Shown here piece by piece: positions 48,358 to 57,312 of a DNA stretch of 64,000 nucleotides. Made by a program: the position numbers and the translations under genes. Below the pieces are notes generated by a model that had not been told where the DNA came from, did not search any database, and saw nothing but the letters and a program-made list of their open reading frames with translations. This DNA is from an uncultured bacterium (GTDB taxonomy: Bacteria > Chlamydiota > Chlamydiia > Chlamydiales > FEN-1388), in the NCBI GenBank assembly GCA_964409235.1, contig CAYPCN010000002.1, positions 6,036 to 70,035 on the forward strand. The letters run 5' to 3'. Position 1 is the stretch's first letter, and each line of letters begins with the position of its first letter.

Positions 48358-50508
48358 TTATAGGTAACTTTCGATGTTGTTGATCGTCATGGTACTGCCT
48401 CTGAATTCCAGACGATTGCCGACCTTTTTGCCGATCAGACTTTGCGCCAACTTGGAATGCATCGAAAGAATATTGCGTTCAGGATTCGCATCCCAGGGAC
48501 CGAGAATCGTGAAAACAATACTCTTGCCTTGTGCATCCTTCAAGGATACCCTCGTTCCAATGCCAACAACTTTCAGCGAGATATCGTCCGCAGTGATGAT
48601 CCTGGCCCGATTCAATTGGTCTGAAAGCGTCTTGATCTCATGTTGAAGACGCGAACGCCGTTCTAGCGCCGCTTTGTATTCGGCATTTTCCCGAAGGTCG
48701 CCATGAGCACGGGCTGCTTCAATCTCTCGAGCGTTCTCGACAACCTCGACCGTCCCAAGATGCTGCAATCGTTCTTTGGTGCGGCGATAGCCCTCTTCTG
48801 TCGTCCAAATCACTGATTGATCCCACGTCTGCTCTCGTTCACCCGAGTTCCCTCCATGCACAACTTCGACGAGTGAATGGAGAATTTTCTGATCGTGGGG
48901 GCTCAGGGATTGGCATTTGGAGGCTAACAACAAGAATTCCCGAGCATAGGCCAGATCGGTCTCTTTGAGCAGAGCCCGTACAATCTTAAATCTCTGGCCC
49001 GTGAAGATAGCATGTATCTTCTTCACGAGATCTCGAGCCTCTCGCCGTTTTTCTAGCGTTGCCAATAAAATCAAGAAGCTCTCAAAAAAACGCTCTTTGT
49101 CTGCTTGCGTGGAGAGTAAAGGGGCTTCATCGGAGACAACCTTTTGAAAATACCACAAAAAGGCTTCGGGATAGGCAGCGCTCTCTTCACGTAGTCGCTC
49201 TAGCGTATGCTCCAACTGAGCGGGGGATTGTACCGCATACAGCTCTTTAAAGAGGTACTCTTTGAGTTGCACAGGTTCTGCCACGAGCATGAGCTCAGAA
49301 AAAACCTGTTCCCAGTTGGGTCGGATCTCGCGTATGGCTTGAAGGTACCGTTTTTTCAGAGCGACAATGTCGATCTTTTCCAACCAATCACGAGGATAGT
49401 CGATCGAGAGAATGATCTGGCGGAGCTGCTCGCCATAGTCATTTCTATCCAGCAGCTGTTCAAGTACGAAATAGACCTGCAGCCGCTCCCCATCCTTGAT
49501 CTGCGAATCCTCTAAAAGAGCCGTAGCCCTTTGCAACAGCTCGTGTTTTGAGTCAGCATCTCGTACCATCTCGGGAAAATCTCTGATGATGGTGTAGAGG
49601 GCGCCGATCATCTCCTCGATCGTCTCCTTGCCTCGAAGCATCTGGTCCAAACGCTCGTTGTGAGATATCTTCGCTTTCCTGAGGATAAAAGGATCTTTCG
49701 TCGTTTTAGGAGACTCTATCAGGCCATGTTTTTTTACTTTCGACCGTGCAGATTGCCACCACTTTGAATATTCAGAAGAAGGGATGATACTATCGATCAC
49801 CAACTCTTTGATCTCCCCCGCAGTTTTGGGCCCAAGATCGTGCAATAAACGCACGATACAACCAACTGGATCCTCAACAGCTTGCTTTTCTAATGCTTCA
49901 GGGTTTTCAAACCGCACCACCAGGAAATGGTTATTGGGAAGGGGGATGAGCGAGCGAAAAGCACTCTTGAAGGAGATATCTCGCGTGCAGCCACCGAGGT
50001 TTTCGAATTCAATGGTCACCTGCTCTCGTAAAAACGAGAAATCGACAATCTCACCTACACCCCAACCAGCGCCGTGGTACACAAAGTTCCCCTTCCCAAT
50101 GTGATTGAGGAGGAGGAAATTCGACAGAGCGCCTTGAAAATTCTCTTTCGTTCGAAGGCCGACGAGGCGAAGCTTTTCTTGGTACTGAGGCACCGTGCCA
50201 AACAGCGACTGTACCACCTCGTGGGCTAGGTCGAAGAGAGCTTGGCTATTCGAAGTCTCCAAATCGTACACATACCGGAGCGCCTCAAACCGCAGGGCTT
50301 CATCAGATATTGTCATGACAAGAGGCAGAATAGCCTCAACATATTGCCCAAAGGGGCGAGCTAGGTCAGAGAGCTTGACCAAGTGAAGAATCTGTATGAA
50401 CTCATCGACATCAAGTTCGTCGCTTTCGCAGTATTCCTGCCACAATACCAGGACTTTGTTGTAGTCTCGTGTTGCAAGCCGTGATCGAAACTCCTCAACG
50501 TATGCCAT
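48358..50508 (-). CDS. greA: Transcription elongation factor GreA, long chlamydial-type form
   Basis: The C-terminal roughly 150 aa carry GreA motifs (EIEAARAHGDLRENAEYKAALERRSRL..., GTRVSLKD). The roughly 560-aa N-terminal extension matches the 700+ aa GreA of Chlamydiae. Confidence 0.82.
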   Translation of the reverse strand: MAYVEEFRSRLATRDYNKVLVLWQEYCESDELDVDEFIQILHLVKLSDLARPFGQYVEAILPLVMTISDEALRFEALRYVYDLETSNSQALFDLAHEVVQSLFGTVPQYQEKLRLVGLRTKENFQGALSNFLLLNHIGKGNFVYHGAGWGVGEIVDFSFLREQVTIEFENLGGCTRDISFKSAFRSLIPLPNNHFLVVRFENPEALEKQAVEDPVGCIVRLLHDLGPKTAGEIKELVIDSIIPSSEYSKWWQSARSKVKKHGLIESPKTTKDPFILRKAKISHNERLDQMLRGKETIEEMIGALYTIIRDFPEMVRDADSKHELLQRATALLEDSQIKDGERLQVYFVLEQLLDRNDYGEQLRQIILSIDYPRDWLEKIDIVALKKRYLQAIREIRPNWEQVFSELMLVAEPVQLKEYLFKELYAVQSPAQLEHTLERLREESAAYPEAFLWYFQKVVSDEAPLLSTQADKERFFESFLILLATLEKRREARDLVKKIHAIFTGQRFKIVRALLKETDLAYAREFLLLASKCQSLSPHDQKILHSLVEVVHGGNSGEREQTWDQSVIWTTEEGYRRTKERLQHLGTVEVVENAREIEAARAHGDLRENAEYKAALERRSRLQHEIKTLSDQLNRARIITADDISLKVVGIGTRVSLKDAQGKSIVFTILGPWDANPERNILSMHSKLAQSLIGKKVGNRLEFRGSTMTINNIESYL

Positions 50509-50637
50509 GTCAAGCCTCGCAAATACCTTCAGAAGTATATAGAATGGGTCTTTTTTTTCAAAAATAAAAGATTGCCGTAGTTATGTTATCTTCGTTTATA
50601 AGAAACATTTCAGGCGTGTTTAGGGTGAGCTGTGTGA

Positions 50638-51162
50638 ATGAATGATGATGCGTCAAAGCCGCATAACATTTTCGAAGCCGCCTCTCGATTAGAAAAAGAG
50701 CGGCGAGCAAAAAAAGAGGAGGTACAGGCTCCGCAGCCGTTCGCTGGGCCTGGAGAGGATAGTTCATTATCTGCCATCTTCCAGCGATGTAGGCAGCTGC
50801 ACAAAGAAATAGCAGAGTCATTAGAACAAGCCTTTAAACGAGGCGGCATCACCTCATCTCAAGTGCAGCAGTACGTCTCGCGCCCCCAAAATTTCTCTGA
50901 AAGAGACTGGCAGCAGATTGAGGCTCAGAAGAAGAAAAACGAAGAGATGCTGCTTGCCCTCAAGGAGAAGATCGGCGGGCAGCTAGAGGGCGAACAAGCT
51001 CCTCCTCCGGAGGCAAAGAAGGAAGAACCACCACCGCCATCCCCCCCTCAACCCCCGGAAGAACAGAAGCCTTCTTCACCCCAAGAAGAAGAGAAGCCCC
51101 CCCCTACACCGCCCCGTAAAAAGCCAAAGATTGTGACGCGCAGGCACTGGATTGGCATGTGA
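50638..51162 (+). CDS. Hypothetical Pro/Glu/Lys-rich protein
   Basis: ORF with a helical charged N-terminal half and a PPPxP-rich tail (PPPEAKKEEPPPPSPPQPPEEQKPSSPQEEEKPPPTPPRKKPK). Confidence 0.5.
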   Translation: MNDDASKPHNIFEAASRLEKERRAKKEEVQAPQPFAGPGEDSSLSAIFQRCRQLHKEIAESLEQAFKRGGITSSQVQQYVSRPQNFSERDWQQIEAQKKKNEEMLLALKEKIGGQLEGEQAPPPEAKKEEPPPPSPPQPPEEQKPSSPQEEEKPPPTPPRKKPKIVTRRHWIGM

Positions 51163-51178
51163 ATTGACACACATCAGA

Positions 51179-51223
51179 CTTGACATGAGCCTAGTCACAT
51201 GTCAAGATTCGACCACGTATAAT
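51179..51223 (+). promoter_or_regulatory. Inverted repeat (possible operator) plus TATAAT -10 box upstream of the pseudopilin operon
   Basis: CTTGACATG-N10-CATGTCAAG at 51179-51206. TATAAT at 51218-51223, 39 nt before the ATG at 51262. Confidence 0.4.
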
Positions 51224-51261
51224 GGAAGCCGACGTGCCTTGTGGAGGATAGAATAGGAGCT

Positions 51262-51654
51262 ATGGTCAAAAAGCGAACGCGGCGTCTTTGTGTGACGCTT
51301 ATTGAGATGATCATCGTGATGATTTTGATCGCCACGATCACAGGGGCACTAGCCTACAACTACCAGCGATCGTTGGATCGGGGCAAGCTCTTTGCCACAA
51401 AACAGCGCGTCGAGCGACTCAAGGCCATCCTAACGCTCTATTTTTCTGAGCATCCGGAGCAAGTCGAGGCTAATACTGATTGGATCAACATTATCAATGA
51501 TTCGGGATTGGCCCCGCCAAATCCCGCCGAACTTTTGAAAGATGATTTTGGGGAGTCCTTTCAGATTGCCGTCGCTCACGACGGCGATGGTGGCCTTGAC
51601 ATCAGGGTGTCCTCCAAGGGTGCGGAGCGCGCTCTGCGAACAAAATCGCAATGA
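51262..51654 (+). CDS. Type II secretion major pseudopilin-like protein (GspG-like)
   Basis: Prepilin-type N-terminus KKRTRRLCVTLIEMIIVMILIATITGALA, including the conserved Glu at position +5. Confidence 0.65.
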   Translation: MVKKRTRRLCVTLIEMIIVMILIATITGALAYNYQRSLDRGKLFATKQRVERLKAILTLYFSEHPEQVEANTDWINIINDSGLAPPNPAELLKDDFGESFQIAVAHDGDGGLDIRVSSKGAERALRTKSQ

Positions 51655-52265
51655 GCCGCCGAGAGCGAAAGGCGTCTTTTACTATTATCGAGGTACTCAT
51701 TGCCTTGTGTCTTCTCGCCATCGTTGCGGGTGCTATCGCTCTTGGGATACAGCGGTCGGTGCAGGCTACTCAGCTGAAGACATCAAAGGAGCGCCTTGAG
51801 AGACTCTTCCTGCAGGCCTTTCGATTTTCAGCGGTTAGCGGCCATGTTGGCGAGGTGGTAGTGCGCAAGAGGAGCGACGGCATGTTCGAAGGATATGTCA
51901 ACCTGTGGGGGCAGGGCACGCAGAGCGTCTCTCTCATAGCGCAATCGTGCGGCCCTATCGGCCAGCTTGCGGGAATAGACGCCATAGCGTTCAATGGACG
52001 TACGATTCACAAGGCTGTGTTTCGCTTCTTTGGTGGTCATGGGCTAAGCTCTGTCTGCGTCTATGATCAAGACGATCGAAAGGCCGCAAATATCGAGTTT
52101 GATTGTGCCGCTGCAGACGACAGCCCTATGTCACGAGATTTGGATATGATAGTCCGACCCACTAAAGACCCAACCACCCCAGAGATCATCTCTCTAAAGC
52201 CATATCTTCTCTCTGTTCCCCATCACCTCCCTTTTCCCAATGAATACCTTACCAACGGCCTATAA
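51651..52265 (+). CDS. Pseudopilin-like protein
   Basis: RKASFTIIEVLIALCLLAIVAGAIA. ATGA overlap with the upstream gene. Confidence 0.6.
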   Translation: MSRRERKASFTIIEVLIALCLLAIVAGAIALGIQRSVQATQLKTSKERLERLFLQAFRFSAVSGHVGEVVVRKRSDGMFEGYVNLWGQGTQSVSLIAQSCGPIGQLAGIDAIAFNGRTIHKAVFRFFGGHGLSSVCVYDQDDRKAANIEFDCAAADDSPMSRDLDMIVRPTKDPTTPEIISLKPYLLSVPHHLPFPNEYLTNGL

Positions 52266-52728
52266 GGGCCTTTGCAAGATACCGCGCCGTCCCTCTGTTC
52301 GCAAACACCGATTTGCGCTTGCTGAGGTGTGCGTCGCCATGATCGTCATTGGCATTTGCCTGGCCTATGCATTCACATCCTTGCATCAGACGATCCGCCG
52401 CTATACCGCCCTTCGCCAGGAGCTCTGCTGCAATGAGTTGGCCGACGAATACCTCGCCCGCTTCATAGCGACATTCTTGACAGCGCCTCCAGAATTCGAT
52501 GCCACGCTCGAAGGAGCAGGAGCGTCGATCACTGAAAAGGGCTATGTCATCGACATGAAAGCCGAGGAATATACCAGCACTACCCCGGAGAAACGGGAGC
52601 CGAGCTCTGAGAGCAAAGAACGTGCCGCCCTCGTCACCCTCATCGTCGCTGTCCATCCTTTCGGCAATAAACAGATCTCCGCCGTGCGCACCTCCCATCT
52701 CTGCCTTACGCAGGAGGCCATGAGGTGA
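52240..52728 (+). CDS. Pseudopilin-like protein
   Basis: KHRFALAEVCVAMIVIGICLAYAF prepilin-like hydrophobic N-terminus. Confidence 0.55.
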   Translation: MNTLPTAYKGLCKIPRRPSVRKHRFALAEVCVAMIVIGICLAYAFTSLHQTIRRYTALRQELCCNELADEYLARFIATFLTAPPEFDATLEGAGASITEKGYVIDMKAEEYTSTTPEKREPSSESKERAALVTLIVAVHPFGNKQISAVRTSHLCLTQEAMR

Positions 52729-53366
52729 AACAACGCCGCAGCTTCCTGCTCATCGAAAGTTTGACAGCAGCGTCTCTGTCCGTGTTGGTCATGTTGGCCT
52801 GTATTTCTCTGTTCTTTTTCCTATGGAGAATGTCGTCGCGCCAACAACGTGATCTTGAACGCGAAAGCCAGCGGTGGCGCCGCGTTTCTTCTCTTCGCTG
52901 GATGTTAAGTCGCATCCAGCGCGCCAACCCCACAGACCCTTTTTTCCTCGAGGGCAATGACGGCGCGTCGCCACGCCTGATCTTCGTCTTTGATCATGGC
53001 GTTCACCTCAACCCCAAGTTGGCTAATGTAGATCTTGCCCAGCTGTACGTCGACCCACGAGAGGGACTCGTATTGGTGACGCGTTCGCATCCGTCGCGCG
53101 CATGCGTAGGGCAAGAGGAGGAGAGGGCCTCTGTCCTTTGGCCTGGGGTCAAGAGCATTCGGTGGAAATTCGCACTCCGACCACAGGACAAGGATGATAC
53201 AATCGGAGCAGAGCAAGATGTAGAAGACAACTGGCTAACGGCATGGCGACAGGAGTGGTCTGGCTTGCCGGCCGTCATCCAGGCTGTCATTGAAGAGGAA
53301 GATGCTGTTGAAACTGTGGTGACCGCTATCGTCGCCAAAGACATCGGCGCTATTAAAGTACGCTAA
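52725..53366 (+). CDS. Pseudopilin-like protein
   Basis: RRSFLLIESLTAASLSVLVMLACISLFF. GTGA overlap with the upstream gene. Confidence 0.55.
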   Translation: MKQRRSFLLIESLTAASLSVLVMLACISLFFFLWRMSSRQQRDLERESQRWRRVSSLRWMLSRIQRANPTDPFFLEGNDGASPRLIFVFDHGVHLNPKLANVDLAQLYVDPREGLVLVTRSHPSRACVGQEEERASVLWPGVKSIRWKFALRPQDKDDTIGAEQDVEDNWLTAWRQEWSGLPAVIQAVIEEEDAVETVVTAIVAKDIGAIKVR

Positions 53367-53369
53367 GCA

Positions 53370-54338
53370 TTGGGTGCCATGGGCCTTTTACCTTGGTCAT
53401 TTGGATTTTTGCTGATTATCTCTATTCTCTCGTGGTCCTCTGTTGGCCGCATGGTAGAAGAGACGCTCGTGGCGAAGAACATCGTTGTCTCTGTCACAAA
53501 GCAAGCAGAAGAGATCACGAAGAAGATTTCTCAGGAATCAGCAACGGTCTACAGACAGTACTGCGAAACAAAAGGGAAACAGTGGAGCGACGATGGGGAG
53601 TTTGAGGAAGACGATGAGGAGGAAGAGCCACAACGCCCTCGTACGCGACGATCGCGACCGTCGAGATATCGCAAGCGGCTGACATCAAAATTCCATATTG
53701 CCGCCCTCTTCAACAACGAAGACGTAGCACAGAAGCCAACGCAGGAAAAAATCTTTCGCAACCTTTTGAAGCAGCTGTACGATTCGCAGCCCCTCTTCAC
53801 GCCCACTGGAAGCAATGATGCCCATGTCCAACAGCTGTTTGAAGAAGTGCGTCTCAAAACACAGGAACTGAGCCCGAAGATGCCGATGAAAAAGGCGTCG
53901 TACCTCGCGAACATTGAATGCACAGGGGCGAACAAAGCAGAAAAGCAATTTATCCTTTTTCTCATCCTCAAAGGCGGAGAAGGAGAAGTCTTTCGAGGTG
54001 CGCGCTGTCACGTCCGCTCTCTGCTCTCGTATATTAGCATGGCAAAGAAGGAGACGTGCCTCAGTGTATACCTTGCGCCTGTTCCCCTTCTGCTAGCAGT
54101 GTTTGAAAATACAGATATCGTGGAGAAAATCCTCGAGACTCGAGAAGTCATCTACAAGAAGATTCACGAGGAACGAAAACGCGTTGGCGCTCTTCCAGAG
54201 AAGAGTGAGGCACGAGACATCATCGACGTTCTTTCCGACGAGTTTAAAAATCAGTTCGAGCCATGTCTTCCCCAAGGCATAGACCCTCAGTACCTCGACT
54301 TCAGGGTGAGCAGCACAAGGCCGAAGAATGGCCTGTAG
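53370..54338 (+). CDS. Membrane-anchored hypothetical protein, last gene of the pseudopilin operon (GspK position)
   Basis: N-terminal TM segment LLPWSFGFLLIISILSW, then an acidic/basic tract DDGEFEEDDEEEEPQRPRTRRSRPSRYRKR. An alternative ATG start exists at 53379. Confidence 0.5.
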   Translation: MGAMGLLPWSFGFLLIISILSWSSVGRMVEETLVAKNIVVSVTKQAEEITKKISQESATVYRQYCETKGKQWSDDGEFEEDDEEEEPQRPRTRRSRPSRYRKRLTSKFHIAALFNNEDVAQKPTQEKIFRNLLKQLYDSQPLFTPTGSNDAHVQQLFEEVRLKTQELSPKMPMKKASYLANIECTGANKAEKQFILFLILKGGEGEVFRGARCHVRSLLSYISMAKKETCLSVYLAPVPLLLAVFENTDIVEKILETREVIYKKIHEERKRVGALPEKSEARDIIDVLSDEFKNQFEPCLPQGIDPQYLDFRVSSTRPKNGL

Positions 54339-54393
54339 CACCGCTAAAGGTATTGATCAGCGTCATGGAGGGGCAGCGTTCCTGTGAGTGGTG

Positions 54394-55287
54394 TTACAGG
54401 AGCTTTTTCTCTGCCAACTCTTGCTCTACGATGTGAACAGTCTGCGCAAAATGCTGCTCTCCGCCAGGCCGATAGCCGAACTCTTCGATCATAGAGGAGG
54501 CTTGTGCCAAACCATTCTCGCCAACAGAGGTGAAGTACTTGGCTAATTCATACGAGGTCAGGGAAGGAGTCGCTCTCGATGTCATAAGGTTAAGAACATA
54601 GACCAGCTTCGGCCACGGCACGGCGCCCTGCTGTTGAAGCTGCTTCACTTCCTGAAAGACCATGCGGGGGGTGATGGGAGGGACGGATGGCAGCGGCTTT
54701 GTGCGCATCCTCCACCACCGTCGCCACTGAACGGCAATGGGAACGCAAACGAGAAGGAACATGAGGATGATCAGGATACGACGCCAGACCATCTGCCGAT
54801 AGACAGTGCGCAGCCCTTGGGATTGGTTCTGTGCCAGCAGGTCGCGCTCTGCCTGCACGTTATGTGCTCGTGGAAAGAGCGCCTTTTCGGGAAAGGGGAG
54901 CTGCAGATCTGATGCCGACGGTGTCGGCAGGCGAAGAGGGGTGACAGCATACGAAAATGCTGGCAGCAGCGATGCTGTTCCTTGCCACCGAAAGGTCCCC
55001 AGCGGAATCGTATACTGCCCAGGCTGCGCGATGCGCCCGCGCACCATAACCCTTCCGTCGTGGATCTCATACTCTTCGAGATAGTATGGCCATGGTAAAG
55101 GGCGGGCAAAGGATATCCCTTGGAGATGCAACTGTAACGCAGGGTACGCAGCTTCTGGAAGCGCGAGGTCAGCTGACGCGGTGACGACCTGCCCTTCTTC
55201 GACGACAGCGGCATCGTCAACAGACCAGGCGCTGCCCCCAACACAACAAAGCATCAACCATACTCGTACCCACATACCTATGCTCAT
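54394..55287 (-). CDS. Membrane protein of the MoxR operon (BatD/DUF4381-like)
   Basis: Signal peptide, one central TM segment (ILIILMFLLVCVPIAV) followed by RRWWR. The start at 55287 forms an ATGA overlap with the DUF58 stop. Confidence 0.5.
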   Translation of the reverse strand: MSIGMWVRVWLMLCCVGGSAWSVDDAAVVEEGQVVTASADLALPEAAYPALQLHLQGISFARPLPWPYYLEEYEIHDGRVMVRGRIAQPGQYTIPLGTFRWQGTASLLPAFSYAVTPLRLPTPSASDLQLPFPEKALFPRAHNVQAERDLLAQNQSQGLRTVYRQMVWRRILIILMFLLVCVPIAVQWRRWWRMRTKPLPSVPPITPRMVFQEVKQLQQQGAVPWPKLVYVLNLMTSRATPSLTSYELAKYFTSVGENGLAQASSMIEEFGYRPGGEQHFAQTVHIVEQELAEKKLL

Positions 55288-56150
55288 CGCCTTAACATCC
55301 GGCATCGGCGTTCGAAAAATGCTCTCAGCGTCTTTACTGGGTCTTGTCCTTCAACGATTTCAACACAATCAATACGATGATGGGACGTGAACCTGATCAA
55401 CTCCCGACGCTGCTGCTCACATTGACGGCGCATCTCTTCGCTCAGCGTTTGGTCGCACTTTGCCAAGCGGCATATGCCGGTCTCGGGATCTTCAGCATAG
55501 ATCCACCCCACAGGGGGAGGGTCTTCTTCCCATTTGTCCACCACACGCAAGGCAATGAGGTCATTGTCCACTGCCAACGACGACAGCGCTCGCTTCCACC
55601 CTGGATCGTCAGAGATAAAATCTGAGATGACAAAGATGACCCCCCGCTTCGGGCCATGACGAGCACCGATGGCGTGAAGACTTTTTGCTAATAAGGTCCG
55701 GCGCTTGCCAAGCCCTATGCTGGTCATCATTTCCACAAGACGCCCTGCTTGTGACAACCCTCGCCTCGGGGAGACAAACTTCTCAAGACCTTCAGAAAAC
55801 AGCGCTAAGCCAATGCGATCTCTGCTAACAGCGGCAGAGAAGATGAGAATGGCCGCTGCCTCAAGAGCGAGTCGCGCCTTGTCAGGGCGAGCCCAGAAGA
55901 CAGATCCTGACGTATCTAACGCCACCATGACGGACAAATCTCTTTCTTCGAGGAATGTCTTCACATATGGTTCTCCAAGCTGTGCGAGCTTGGCCCATGC
56001 AAAAGCCTTTGGGTCATCGCCAGGAGTGTATTTGCGGATCTCATCGTAATCGATTCCTTTTCCGCGGAAGAGCGAGCGATATCTTCCCAACACCTGTCCA
56101 AGGACATGTCGCTTGACCTGGAGTGTAAGAGCAAACCGCTTGTCAATCAC
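55284..56150 (-). CDS. DUF58 (vWA-like) protein
   Basis: EIRKYTPGDDPKAFAWAKLAQLGEPYVKTF and a vWA-like core (VALDTSGS). GTGA overlap with moxR. Confidence 0.85.
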   Translation of the reverse strand: MIDKRFALTLQVKRHVLGQVLGRYRSLFRGKGIDYDEIRKYTPGDDPKAFAWAKLAQLGEPYVKTFLEERDLSVMVALDTSGSVFWARPDKARLALEAAAILIFSAAVSRDRIGLALFSEGLEKFVSPRRGLSQAGRLVEMMTSIGLGKRRTLLAKSLHAIGARHGPKRGVIFVISDFISDDPGWKRALSSLAVDNDLIALRVVDKWEEDPPPVGWIYAEDPETGICRLAKCDQTLSEEMRRQCEQQRRELIRFTSHHRIDCVEIVEGQDPVKTLRAFFERRCRMLRR

Positions 56151-57130
56151 GGCGATGGGATCTCTTGCAGAAGTTTCTCAACAACGGCATCTGGCGTGAG
56201 CCCTTCTGCCTGCGCTTCGTAGGTTAGGATCAGCCGATGGCGCAGGACGTCCTTGGCGATCTGCTTCACATCATGCGGCGTGACGAAATCCCTCCCTTCT
56301 ATCATCGCTGCTGTCCTTGCTCCTCGCAGCAGCCACAGCGTAGCCCGAGGAGAAGCCCCCCACTGGATAGCAGCGCCAAGCTTCATCGCCGACAGCTTCT
56401 CCATATCCCTCGTTGCCACCACGAGGTCGACAGCATAGCCTACCACCTTGTCATCGACGTGAATCCCATCGACCTGCTGCTGCATTTCTTTGATATTCTC
56501 TCTGTTGAGAAATGGCGTTAAAGGCGCTGGCATCGCCTGGACCATGCTGTGCGAAGCGATGAGCGTCTCTTCAGTCGCATTGGGGTATGGCATGAGCAAT
56601 TTAAACATAAACCTGTCAAGCTGTGCTTCTGGCAGCGTATACGTCCCTTCCTGTTCTATAGGATTCTGAGTGGCCATCACAAAATAGGGGGTGTCGACGA
56701 CAAATGTCTGCCCAAAGATTGTCACCTGTTTTTCTGCCATGACTTCCAACAGCGCTGACTGCACCTTGGGAGGCGCCCTGTTGATCTCATCGGCCAAAAT
56801 GACATTTGTGAAGACAGGCCCTTTTTCCACGACAAACGTACCTTGATCTGGGCGGAATATGCTCATGCCCGTGAGGTCTGAGGGCAACAGATCGGGCGTG
56901 AATTGAATTCTCTTGAACGGAAGCCCCGCAAGCTGCGAGACCGTGGATATCAACAGTGTCTTGGCAATGCCCGGCACTCCCTCTACCAACACGTGGCCGC
57001 CAGCGATCAACGCAATGAAGATCTTGCGTACAATTTCTTGTTGCCCAACGATCCTTTCGCTTACACGGGAAAGACATCCGTCTACAATCTGCTTGACCTG
57101 TTCGATCTCCACAAAACCTCCAGTGAACAA
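56147..57130 (-). CDS. moxR: MoxR-family AAA+ ATPase
   Basis: Walker A GVPGIAKT, Walker B ILADEINRAPPKVQSALLEVMAE, and ATQNPIEQEGTYTLPEAQLDRF. Confidence 0.92.
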   Translation of the reverse strand: MFTGGFVEIEQVKQIVDGCLSRVSERIVGQQEIVRKIFIALIAGGHVLVEGVPGIAKTLLISTVSQLAGLPFKRIQFTPDLLPSDLTGMSIFRPDQGTFVVEKGPVFTNVILADEINRAPPKVQSALLEVMAEKQVTIFGQTFVVDTPYFVMATQNPIEQEGTYTLPEAQLDRFMFKLLMPYPNATEETLIASHSMVQAMPAPLTPFLNRENIKEMQQQVDGIHVDDKVVGYAVDLVVATRDMEKLSAMKLGAAIQWGASPRATLWLLRGARTAAMIEGRDFVTPHDVKQIAKDVLRHRLILTYEAQAEGLTPDAVVEKLLQEIPSP

Positions 57131-57136
57131 CTATCT

Positions 57137-57193
57137 GAGCCATTTGCGATATCCATATCACAACAGTACAATTTTCAGAGCCATTTGCAATGG
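57137..57193 (-). repeat. Two repeat-family cores in the moxR/secA divergent intergenic region
   Basis: GAGCCATTTGCGAT at 57137-57150 and GAGCCATTTGCAATGG at 57178-57193. Confidence 0.55.
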
Positions 57194-57312
57194 AAGCGCA
57201 GGCGCTGGCTCTCTTCCGTTGCCACGAAACTTTTCAAAGCGTATGATTTTTTCTCTCTCGCCCTCAGTAACGGACGCATTGTCCGCACCGACCTAGATGT
57301 TGAGGTATGCGC

